A stretch of DNA of 51,432 nucleotides from Minisyncoccota bacterium. GTDB taxonomy: Bacteria; Patescibacteriota; Minisyncoccia; Phycocordibacterales; GWA1-40-21. The notes below the pieces were generated by a model that searched no databases, had not been told where the DNA came from, and saw nothing but the letters and a program-made list of their open reading frames with translations. The DNA is taken from assembly GCA_041674925.1 (NCBI GenBank), contig JBAYUW010000005.1, forward strand, positions 1-51,432, read 5' to 3'. The translations under genes and the position numbers were made by a program. Each line of letters starts with the position of its first letter. Position 1 is the first letter of the stretch. Shown here in pieces: positions 43,333 to 51,341 of this stretch.

Positions 43333-45021
43333 ATGACACAATCTGAGGCTTTAGATATTTTAAAACTTGGACACAATGTTTTTTTGACTGGACCGGCGGG
43401 GAGCGGTAAGACTTTTGTGTTGAATGAATATATTAAATTTTTACGCGAGAATTTGGTGGATGTGGGGATTACCGCGAGCACGGGAATCGCCGCCACGCAT
43501 ATGAACGGCACGACGATTCACTCTTGGACGGGGATGGGTATCAAGGATGTTTTGACTAAAGCAGATTTGGCCGAATTAAAAACCCGCCGATATTTAAAAG
43601 ATCGTTTTGCTCGGACGCAGGTCTTGGTCATTGATGAAGTTTCGATGCTTCATCATTATCGTCTGGATTTGATCGACGAGGTTTGTCGATATATGAAAGA
43701 TAGTGACGAACCGTTTGGTGGCTTGCAAATTATTTTATGTGGTGACTTCTTTCAATTACCCCCTGTCGCACGCTTTGGTGAACCGACCGCTTTGTTTGCT
43801 TATGAAAGTGAGATCTGGCAGAAAGCTAATTTAAAGATTTGTTATTTAGAAGAACAACATCGTCAAACTGATTTAGCTTTTTTGAAAGTCTTAAACGAGA
43901 TTCGAAAAAATAATTTGTCTGATGATGGGCTCAAGCATTTGATGTCTCGACACGTTAAAAATAGAAAGAAAGAAGAAGTCCTAATCGAGCCGACACTGCT
44001 GCACACTCACAATATTGATGTGGATACTATCAATCAAAAGGAATTAGAAAGATTAACTGGTCAGCAGCGAGAGTTTGAAATGGAAAGTCGAGGGAGGCAA
44101 CCACTGGTGGACCTCTTGAAAAAAAGTTGCTTGGCGCCAGCAACTTTGAAGTTAAAGGTTGGAGCCAAAGTGATGTTTGTGAAAAATAATTTTGAAGAAG
44201 GCTATGTGAATGGCACTTTAGGCATAATAGTTGGCTTTGACCATGAGGGACCGATTGTGCAAACGGTGCGAGGTAAAAATATACATGTTAAACCAGCCAA
44301 TTGGATGATTGAAGAAGAGGGTAAAATGAAGGCAAGTATCGGCCAATATCCTCTGCGTCTAGCTTGGGCGATTACCGTCCATAAAAGTCAGGGTATGAGT
44401 CTCGACGCTATTGAAGTCGATTTGTCCAAATCGTTTGAAAAAGGTATGGGCTATGTCGCTCTATCTCGCGTACGGTCTCTGGATGGTTTGCACCTGATTG
44501 GTTTAAATGACACTGCCGTCAAAGTTCGTGATGAAGTATTGGTATTTGATGAGAGTTTAAAAAAGGTTTCTAACAAGCATTTAGCCGAAATGCTGAGTCT
44601 GACCAATGAAGAAAAAAAGCAAAAGCAAAAAGAATTTTTACAAAAAATTTCTCCGGCCAGGACGGCTAGCGGTAAAATTAAGAAAATAAGAATTTCACCA
44701 ACCGAAGAGACTAGAAAAATGCTGGAGGCGGGAATGAGTCTTAATGAGATGGCGAATTTGCGTGGAGTAAAAACCGAAACCATTTTGGATCACATTGAGA
44801 AATTATTGGCTGATGATCCTCGTCTTGATTTTAGACATTTAGAAAACGAAATTTCAGTGGCAAAGTTTAAAAAAATCTATCGCGCTTTCAATGATATTTA
44901 CGGCGATAATCGGGAATTGCGTTTGGCGCCCGTGATGAAAGTCTTAGGGGGAGAAAAATCTGGCCTATCCTTTCCTGAACTTCGTCTTGTCCGTCTATTT
45001 CTGAAAAAAAGAGGAATGTAA
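43333..45021 (+). CDS. Pif1/RecD-family SF1B DNA helicase with a C-terminal HTH-like domain
   Basis: GPAGSGKTF (Walker A), LVIDEVSM (Walker B), CGDFFQLPPV, QHRQTD..FLKVLNEIR (Pif1 signature region), TVHKSQGMSLD. Confidence 0.85.
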   Translation: MTQSEALDILKLGHNVFLTGPAGSGKTFVLNEYIKFLRENLVDVGITASTGIAATHMNGTTIHSWTGMGIKDVLTKADLAELKTRRYLKDRFARTQVLVIDEVSMLHHYRLDLIDEVCRYMKDSDEPFGGLQIILCGDFFQLPPVARFGEPTALFAYESEIWQKANLKICYLEEQHRQTDLAFLKVLNEIRKNNLSDDGLKHLMSRHVKNRKKEEVLIEPTLLHTHNIDVDTINQKELERLTGQQREFEMESRGRQPLVDLLKKSCLAPATLKLKVGAKVMFVKNNFEEGYVNGTLGIIVGFDHEGPIVQTVRGKNIHVKPANWMIEEEGKMKASIGQYPLRLAWAITVHKSQGMSLDAIEVDLSKSFEKGMGYVALSRVRSLDGLHLIGLNDTAVKVRDEVLVFDESLKKVSNKHLAEMLSLTNEEKKQKQKEFLQKISPARTASGKIKKIRISPTEETRKMLEAGMSLNEMANLRGVKTETILDHIEKLLADDPRLDFRHLENEISVAKFKKIYRAFNDIYGDNRELRLAPVMKVLGGEKSGLSFPELRLVRLFLKKRGM

Positions 45022-45108
45022 AACCAGTTTGACACAAAGCTAATTTACTGTATGATATTCTTGGGTAGTTCTTCGACGTTTGCGTGTCGGTTAACAATAA
45101 GGAGACTC

Positions 45109-45621
45109 ATGAAAGCATTCATGAAGCGTGGGAGTTTGTTCATAACACTTGTCTACGTGGCGGTTTGTACCATTGGTGGTAGCCGATTGCCAAAAGGTTT
45201 CTTTAGACTTTACGAATTTTTGGGAGTGGGTATGAGCATGCTCACTTGCCAAATTCTGGTCGCTCTGACGATTTGGATACTTTTTGGCGCCTGGGCGGTT
45301 TATTCGATGACGACACCACCAAAGTGGCTCTGGGGTGTAAGGGCAAACTTCAAGAGAATTGTGTTCTGGACCTGCTTCTATCTCAGTCTACCGATTTTGC
45401 TGAGATGGGTCAATCTTCAGGGAACACAGCGGTCGGCAATGGTGGTAATTCCACTCGTCGCCTTGGTCTATTGGGTGATGCGTTCACTTCACCCGAGCAA
45501 TATCGAGTGGGGTAACGACGACGATCATCTAAGCGCCGTTCAGCAAGTGGATTGTAGGCTCGGTGTCATTGAAGATGGACGAGATGATGAACTTGAGGGT
45601 GCTGGGCGAGATCGGGTCTGA
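45109..45621 (+). CDS. hypothetical four-TM membrane protein (GC-rich islet)
   Basis: Start taken at ATG 45109, preceded by AAGGAGA. Four hydrophobic helices and an acidic C-terminal tail. Confidence 0.45.
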   Translation: MKAFMKRGSLFITLVYVAVCTIGGSRLPKGFFRLYEFLGVGMSMLTCQILVALTIWILFGAWAVYSMTTPPKWLWGVRANFKRIVFWTCFYLSLPILLRWVNLQGTQRSAMVVIPLVALVYWVMRSLHPSNIEWGNDDDHLSAVQQVDCRLGVIEDGRDDELEGAGRDRV

Positions 45622-45633
45622 GAGGAGGCGACT

Positions 45634-45891
45634 ATGTTCCAGGCTGTTCGAGATGTTTGGGGTATGATTCGAGAACGAATATCGGCCGTAGAAGATCGGT
45701 CTTCTGATGACGAAACACTCGTCGTTGGACAGCGGTCACGAACGCTCGGTGTCGAGATGCTCGAAGAAGATGGGTCCGGGAATCATTGGCGTGAACTTGA
45801 CGAACTGGACTTCAAACACCGAGAAAGTCCGACCGCCCGCCTGTTTCATCCGAAAGTGAAGCGGGTGTGTGATGATTCGAGTTTGATGTGA
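45634..45891 (+). CDS. hypothetical acidic small protein (GC-rich islet)
   Basis: SD GAGGAGG 5 nt upstream of the ATG. Lies 12 nt after the preceding ORF and is followed by the hairpin at 45910..45946. Confidence 0.45.
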   Translation: MFQAVRDVWGMIRERISAVEDRSSDDETLVVGQRSRTLGVEMLEEDGSGNHWRELDELDFKHRESPTARLFHPKVKRVCDDSSLM

Positions 45892-45909
45892 ACGCATTGC
45901 TGCTGAGTG

Positions 45910-45946
45910 GAGGGTATCATGGGATACCCTCGCTCGACGGTTTTTT
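45910..45946 (+). terminator. putative terminator of the two-gene GC-rich cassette
   Basis: GAGGGTATC-atgg-GATACCCTC stem. The T6 run starts 9 nt downstream, which is a non-canonical spacing. Confidence 0.4.
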
Positions 45947-45962
45947 GTGCTATAATTTTATT

Positions 45963-47060
45963 ATGTTGCTGAATAAATTTTCTGATTTTTATAAACGCTT
46001 TGAAAAATATATTTCACCGATTGGTTTGATCTACGGATTTATTTTTACTTCTTTGACTCTGACTCGAGTAGATAAATGGTTGGAAAATTTTTGGATTGTC
46101 GTCCATTTACTGATCGCCGCTGGGGGCATTACCGTCTTAACCTTATATGAAAATCGCGCCGAAAAAAGAAGTCTTCCCGAGGTCGAGCGTCAAAAATTTC
46201 ATTTTTATTTAACCCTCATTATTCAGTTTGCTTTCGGTGGTCTCTTTTCGACCTTTTTCGTTTTTTACTTACGTAGTTCTTCTTTCTTCGAGAGCTGGCT
46301 TTTTCTTTTAATTCTGGTTGTCTTATTGGTCGGCAATGAATTATGGAAAAAGCATTATTCCCGTCTCGCTTTCCAAATCAGCGTCTTTTTTGTTTCCGTC
46401 TATTTATTTTTAATTTTTCTTTTACCAGTTTTATTTCACCGTCTCGGCGCCGATTTATTTATCGCCAGTGGTATCATTAGTTTGATTATCGTGGCTTTTT
46501 TCTTATTCTTATTAAAAAAAGTCGCGGAAGAAAAATTCCGTCAAAATCACAACATTTTAAAAGTCAGCATTATTGGTATTTTTATTTTGATGAACGTCTT
46601 GTATTTTACTAATATTATTCCTCCAATCCCTCTTTCCTTAAAAAATTCTGGTGTTTATCATAATCTTGTGAAAACCAGCGATGGTAATTATCAAGCTCAG
46701 GCCGAGCCAACTGATTGGCGCGATTATTTTATTCGCTATCCTGTTTTTCATCAGGTGGCGGGGGAGTCGGTCTATGCTTTCAGTGCGGTCTTTTCGCCTG
46801 TAAATTTTGGAACGCAAATTGTCCATCAGTGGCAGTATTATGATGAAGAAAAAAAAGATTGGCTTGATTCTAGCCGAGTGACTTTGCCGATCGTCGGCGG
46901 TCGCGACGGTGGTTTTCGTACTTATTCTATTAAATCAAATTTGACGGCTGGACAGTGGCGAGTGAAAGTCACGACTTTACGTGGACAAGTGATCGGACGC
47001 ATTAATTTTCAAGTGGTGGAGGGGGAACCTCGTCCAACTTATCCACAGGTGATCAATTGA
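45963..47060 (+). CDS. polytopic membrane protein with a C-terminal beta-rich domain (possibly DUF2914-type)
   Basis: Start taken at ATG 45963, after the terminator and TGcTATAAT (45948..45956). About 6 TM helices, then a soluble domain ending in GQWRVKVTTLRGQVIGRINFQV. Confidence 0.55.
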   Translation: MLLNKFSDFYKRFEKYISPIGLIYGFIFTSLTLTRVDKWLENFWIVVHLLIAAGGITVLTLYENRAEKRSLPEVERQKFHFYLTLIIQFAFGGLFSTFFVFYLRSSSFFESWLFLLILVVLLVGNELWKKHYSRLAFQISVFFVSVYLFLIFLLPVLFHRLGADLFIASGIISLIIVAFFLFLLKKVAEEKFRQNHNILKVSIIGIFILMNVLYFTNIIPPIPLSLKNSGVYHNLVKTSDGNYQAQAEPTDWRDYFIRYPVFHQVAGESVYAFSAVFSPVNFGTQIVHQWQYYDEEKKDWLDSSRVTLPIVGGRDGGFRTYSIKSNLTAGQWRVKVTTLRGQVIGRINFQVVEGEPRPTYPQVIN

Positions 47061-47095
47061 CGGTCAAGGCGGTTTTCCTGTAGGATGCCGCCGTC

Positions 47096-49672
47096 ATGAA
47101 AAAAATATTTTATCGACTGGGTCTGACTTTCTTTTTATTATTAATTTTCTTCTCTGTTTCCTCTTCCTCGCGTGTTGAAGCAATCATGTTTGTGCCATAT
47201 TTGGACGTGCACATTATCACCAAAACTATCGGTGGCGATGCGACTTTCAATTATTCTTTTGGTGTGTACACACCGCCCAGTCCTGCCCCAGATATTCACG
47301 AAGATTTTTCTCTAACAACTGCCAGCGGTACGGCTAGTTATTTTATTCCCAGCGATTCTGGCCCTTCAAATCGAGCGATAATTAGTCAGGATTTATTATC
47401 AGATTGGGAGCTATCAATTTTTTGCACGAGTGACAATGAAGAGGTGACTTTTGAGTATAAATCAGATTATGTCTCGATGGTCGTGCACCCTTTCACAACT
47501 ATCACCTGTACTTTCACCAATACCAAAAAACAGCGAACGCCGGTGATTATAATTCCCGGCATTTTATCAAGTCATCTGAATCGCAATGATAATGAAAAAA
47601 CGGAACTATGGCCCAGTCTCGGTCAAGCTTTATTCGGCTGGCCCGGGGATAAATATTTAGAAGAGCTCAGCCTCGACGAAATCGGGCAACCAAATTTATC
47701 TTACCCCGTCGTCTTGCCAACTGATATTATTCGTAAAATTCGAAACAAAGATTTCTTTGATGGTTTCATTAAAAAATTAATCAGTGAAGGTTATGAAGAA
47801 GATAGAGATTTGTTTATTTTTCCTTATGACTGGCGTCTGGATATTCGGGATTCGGTAGACAGTATTTATTCACCGATTTTGATTTCTTTGAAAGATAAAA
47901 TTACTCAGATTCAAACTCAAACCGGTCAATCGAAAGTCGATATTGTCGCTCATAGTATGGGTGGTTTGCTTTCAAAATATTATATTAAGAATTACGGCAC
48001 GGGTAGGATAGATAAATTTATTGATATAGGTACGCCACACTTGGGTGCGCCGAGTGCTCTAAAAACTTTAATGTTTGGTGATGATCTGGGTATCAAGTTT
48101 GGTTGGTTTGGTTTAAATCCTGAACGAGTGAAAAGTATTTCGCAAAATATGCCATCTGCGTATCAACTTTTGCCTAGCGAAAATTATTTTTCCACCAGCT
48201 CACCGGATTATAAATATTATTTGTTTGATATGGATGATGTGGATAAAGACGGAGTACGTGGGCGTTTGGATTTTGCTCAAACAAATCAATTTTTAAAAAA
48301 CACTGGCCGTAATGAATTTCTCTTAGATCGAGCACCAAATATTCACAATGATTTAGATTTTGTTAACCCCGCTGATTATGGGGTGAAAGCCTACAATATC
48401 GTTGGTTGTGGTGTACCGACGATTGGTAAGTTTTTCTCACTTGGTCAAAAGTATAATGGTCAGTATTATGATGTGGCTTATATCTCTGGTGACGGCACCG
48501 TGCCGGAAAAAAGCGCGCGGGGTTTTCCTTCGATTGAAGAATATCAAGTCACTGGCGTGAATCACAGTGGCCTGACAAGTGCTGAAGGGGTGGGGTCTTT
48601 GATTTCCTCATTGCTATTAGATAAAGTCTCAGAATTTGATTTTGTCACTTATGAATATATTTCGACGAGCACTCCTTTATGCAATGTCCCTGATGGCGAT
48701 TTAATTAGTTTTCATGGACCAGTAGAATTACCAGGGGATTTCGGACAAAATATTCCAGACTTGGCTTATGATTATATTCCCAATAATATTTTTATCTTTC
48801 TTCCTCTATCAGTCACCGATCAGGCAGAAATAAAAGTGACGGCCAAGAAAAAAGGCAAGGCCAGCTCGCATATTAAAAAGTTTCGTAATGGGGAAGTTAC
48901 TCAGACAATATATTACGATGATCTTCCACTCGATTCAGCCAGTTCAACGGTTGAAATCAAGTTTGAAGACGATGAACCGATTGTGATTGATGATTCAATT
49001 ATTGTTCCAACACCACCAACTATCGAGGGTGATTCTCTTGATGATTTAGAACCACCACTGACCACCATTCATATTGATCAACCAACGCCGACTTCAACTG
49101 CCGCTATTACTTTTACAACTGAAGATGATGATACTCTGGTGACTGAATATTCGATTGATGGGGGAGAGACATTTATTGTCGCCAGCTCAAGCCTTCCCAT
49201 CATTATTTCTAATATCGGCACGACGACTATTATTTATCATTCAACCGACACATCAGGAAATATTGAAAACATACAACAGGTTGAAATAGTGATTCTACCA
49301 TCGCCACCAGCGCCAGTGCCAGAAATTATCGCTCCCATCGTCGAAGAGTCCAAATTGACTCATGGATCAATAAGAAAGAAAAAAGAAAAAGAAACTGAAA
49401 CTATAACCGAAGTTGAAGCGGAAATAAAAAAGGCGACAGAAATTGCTGCGGTTTTTTTACCGAATCCAATAATAGATAAAATTGATGATGTCAGCGTCGA
49501 ACCCATGAATACTGTAATTACCGATCCAATCATACCTTATTACGCTTATACTTTGAATTCTGGTCTTGATTTCAAGAATTTTCTCTGGTTGTTCTTGTTA
49601 ATCTTAATTCTAATTTTATGTCTATTATTACTCGGTCGAAGTTTCTTGAAAAATGATAGAATAAAGAGATGA
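47096..49672 (+). CDS. secreted, C-terminally anchored alpha/beta-hydrolase (LCAT/PGAP1-like lipase/acyltransferase)
   Basis: Signal peptide, PGILSS, the FPYDWRLD motif typical of the LCAT family, nucleophile elbow AHSMGG. Long Ig-like/low-complexity C-terminal region and a terminal TM helix. Confidence 0.65.
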   Translation: MKKIFYRLGLTFFLLLIFFSVSSSSRVEAIMFVPYLDVHIITKTIGGDATFNYSFGVYTPPSPAPDIHEDFSLTTASGTASYFIPSDSGPSNRAIISQDLLSDWELSIFCTSDNEEVTFEYKSDYVSMVVHPFTTITCTFTNTKKQRTPVIIIPGILSSHLNRNDNEKTELWPSLGQALFGWPGDKYLEELSLDEIGQPNLSYPVVLPTDIIRKIRNKDFFDGFIKKLISEGYEEDRDLFIFPYDWRLDIRDSVDSIYSPILISLKDKITQIQTQTGQSKVDIVAHSMGGLLSKYYIKNYGTGRIDKFIDIGTPHLGAPSALKTLMFGDDLGIKFGWFGLNPERVKSISQNMPSAYQLLPSENYFSTSSPDYKYYLFDMDDVDKDGVRGRLDFAQTNQFLKNTGRNEFLLDRAPNIHNDLDFVNPADYGVKAYNIVGCGVPTIGKFFSLGQKYNGQYYDVAYISGDGTVPEKSARGFPSIEEYQVTGVNHSGLTSAEGVGSLISSLLLDKVSEFDFVTYEYISTSTPLCNVPDGDLISFHGPVELPGDFGQNIPDLAYDYIPNNIFIFLPLSVTDQAEIKVTAKKKGKASSHIKKFRNGEVTQTIYYDDLPLDSASSTVEIKFEDDEPIVIDDSIIVPTPPTIEGDSLDDLEPPLTTIHIDQPTPTSTAAITFTTEDDDTLVTEYSIDGGETFIVASSSLPIIISNIGTTTIIYHSTDTSGNIENIQQVEIVILPSPPAPVPEIIAPIVEESKLTHGSIRKKKEKETETITEVEAEIKKATEIAAVFLPNPIIDKIDDVSVEPMNTVITDPIIPYYAYTLNSGLDFKNFLWLFLLILILILCLLLLGRSFLKNDRIKR

Positions 49673-49797
49673 AGAAGAAAGACAAGATTTTAATGGTCAC
49701 TGTGATTGTTTTGCTTATTTTAATTGTAACTATTTTTTTAAGTCGTGAGGCAATCTTGGATTATATGGTAAACACCATGGACATACGTTTTTTTTAA
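49669..49797 (+). CDS. possible 42-aa single-TM peptide
   Basis: The ATG overlaps the upstream stop (ATGA). MKKKDKILMVTVIVLLILIVTIFL... Too short for the ORF track. Weak evidence. Confidence 0.2.
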   Translation: MKKKDKILMVTVIVLLILIVTIFLSREAILDYMVNTMDIRFF

Positions 49798-49895
49798 ACT
49801 TGCCAAAATTTTAATTAAATGGTAGTATTTTTGTGGAACCGGAACCGACCGGTCAGAGGAGAAACGGTACACAGTACAAAGTAGAGGAGGAGTCA

Positions 49896-50099
49896 ATGGC
49901 CCGAAAAAGTAGGATTGTGGGTTTTTTCATTCACGAGGTGAATTCCGGTTGTTTTGAGGAGGAACTTCCTGCGGAAACACGAACTGCGATTCGGCAGGTA
50001 ACTTGTCCGCAGATGACGCAACGGATCGAGTGTTTCATTAAGCGTCTCGATCGGAAGTGTGGATGTAAGCAGACCAAGAAACCGAAGGGCAAGAAGTAG
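49896..50099 (+). CDS. hypothetical small Cys-containing basic protein (GC-rich islet)
   Basis: SD GAGGAGGAG 5 nt upstream of ATG 49896 (MARKSRIV). Terminator at 50130..50162. Confidence 0.4.
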   Translation: MARKSRIVGFFIHEVNSGCFEEELPAETRTAIRQVTCPQMTQRIECFIKRLDRKCGCKQTKKPKGKK

Positions 50100-50129
50100 A
50101 GGTCGCTCTGATTCCAGAGAGTGAACCGA

Positions 50130-50162
50130 GGGGGCGGGGTTAACCATACCGCTCCCTTTTTT
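50130..50162 (+). terminator. intrinsic terminator
   Basis: GGGGGCGG...CCGCTCCC stem (8 bp including one G-U pair) followed by TTTTTT. Confidence 0.65.
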
Positions 50163-50255
50163 ATTTCCTAAAATTGACTTTGAATAATTTAGGTCTATGA
50201 TTGTCTATGGATCTGAACATTAGTGAACCTTGAAAAACCCGAAAGAGGTAATTCT

Positions 50256-51023
50256 ATGAGCGTGACTAAAACCGATCTGGAGCCGAAGTCGGCTGACTTC
50301 GAAGCTCGGAAAGAATACGATCGTCAGAACATGATCGCACCTTGGCCAGAGCAGTTCAAAAAAATGGGGGCGATTTGGAGACATGACGGAAACCACTTAA
50401 AACCGCACGTGAAGTTTTCGGCGAACGGAAATCACGGGGGAAGTTATTTCAACTCTCGGATGGTGACAAAAAACGCCACCATTCTGAATCATGCGGCCAC
50501 TGAACTGGTTGGCAAGCTTCGATTCAACCACTACGATCCCAGGAACAGAATTGGTCTAGACGATGTCGATTTGGTGGTCGGCCCGGCGATGGGGGCTTGT
50601 TCTCTGGTTGTCTGTGTTGCTCTTAACATCACTCATTGGTGTGGACGAGAAGATGTTGAGATGGTTCATGTAAACATTGGTCAATATCAAGCTGGCCGTA
50701 AGTCTGTGATCTTTGATCACCCAGCAATTCAGCCAGGAAAACGAGTCCTGATCGTCGATGACGGTCTGACGACGGGTGGCACGACTCGGCTTATAGCCAA
50801 GGCAATTGAGCGGGCTGGTGGGATTGTTCTACCTGTAATGCTCGTCATGATAAACAGTTGTGGTGAAGACGTCTTGGACGGTCGAAGCATCATCAGTCTG
50901 GTAAAAGAGGAACTGCCAACTTGGGCACCAGTGGAGTGTCCACTGTGTGCGGCTGGCTCAGAAGCTCTCCTTCTTTCAGCGCAAGAAGCTGGAAACTGGG
51001 CGTTGCTGACCTCTCAGCCTTGA
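50256..51023 (+). CDS. type I phosphoribosyltransferase-domain protein (OPRT-like) with a C-terminal CPLC motif
   Basis: PRPP-binding loop VLIVDDGLTTGGTTR. Start taken at ATG 50256, preceded by AAGAGG. GC-rich. Confidence 0.65.
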   Translation: MSVTKTDLEPKSADFEARKEYDRQNMIAPWPEQFKKMGAIWRHDGNHLKPHVKFSANGNHGGSYFNSRMVTKNATILNHAATELVGKLRFNHYDPRNRIGLDDVDLVVGPAMGACSLVVCVALNITHWCGREDVEMVHVNIGQYQAGRKSVIFDHPAIQPGKRVLIVDDGLTTGGTTRLIAKAIERAGGIVLPVMLVMINSCGEDVLDGRSIISLVKEELPTWAPVECPLCAAGSEALLLSAQEAGNWALLTSQP

Positions 51024-51034
51024 TGGCGAGGGCG

Positions 51035-51076
51035 AATCCCCGTGGGGGTGCATAGGCACCTTCGCGGGATTTTTTT
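51035..51076 (+). terminator. intrinsic terminator after the PRTase-like gene
   Basis: Compound GC-rich hairpin (AATCCC.G...CGGGATT enclosing GGTGC-atag-GCACC) followed by T7. Confidence 0.6.
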
Positions 51077-51096
51077 ATGAAAGGAAAAAATAGACA

Positions 51097-51136
51097 AAAC
51101 AAAACCACCTTGATTTTATTCAAGATGGTTTTGTTT
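51097..51136. terminator. bidirectional terminator (serves cspA on the minus strand)
   Basis: AAAACCACCTTGA-ttttat-TCAAGATGGTTTT with flanking A and T tracts. Confidence 0.6.
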
Positions 51137-51143
51137 AAAGCAA

Positions 51144-51341
51144 TTACGCTTTGCTGACGTTGACGGCTGCTGGACCCTTTGGGGTCTCTTCAGTCTCAAA
51201 AGAAACAGTATCACCCTCGCGAAGATCCGCGAAAGCTACACCGTTCAAAGAGTTGCTATGGAAAAATAAATCCTTAGCTAAACCTTCGGCGGTGATGAAA
51301 CCGAAACCTTTGTCAGTCAACTTTTTGATAGTTCCTGTCAT
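51144..51341 (-). CDS. cspA: cold-shock protein (CspA family)
   Basis: GTIKKLTDKGFGFITAEG...DLFFH contains the RNP1 (KGFGFI) and RNP2 (FFH) motifs. 65 aa. Confidence 0.95.
   Translation of the reverse strand: MTGTIKKLTDKGFGFITAEGLAKDLFFHSNSLNGVAFADLREGDTVSFETEETPKGPAAVNVSKA

Noticed and set aside
45888-45962. GTG 45888 start for the DUF2914-like membrane protein
   Set aside because: The extension overlaps the stop of the preceding ORF and spans its terminator hairpin and T-run. ATG 45963 follows a TGcTATAAT box.
26805-48246. Replication origin (oriC) in this window
   Set aside because: The DnaA boxes are dispersed over more than 20 kb, mostly inside coding regions. No AT-rich DUE with clustered boxes is present, and neither dnaA nor dnaN is present.
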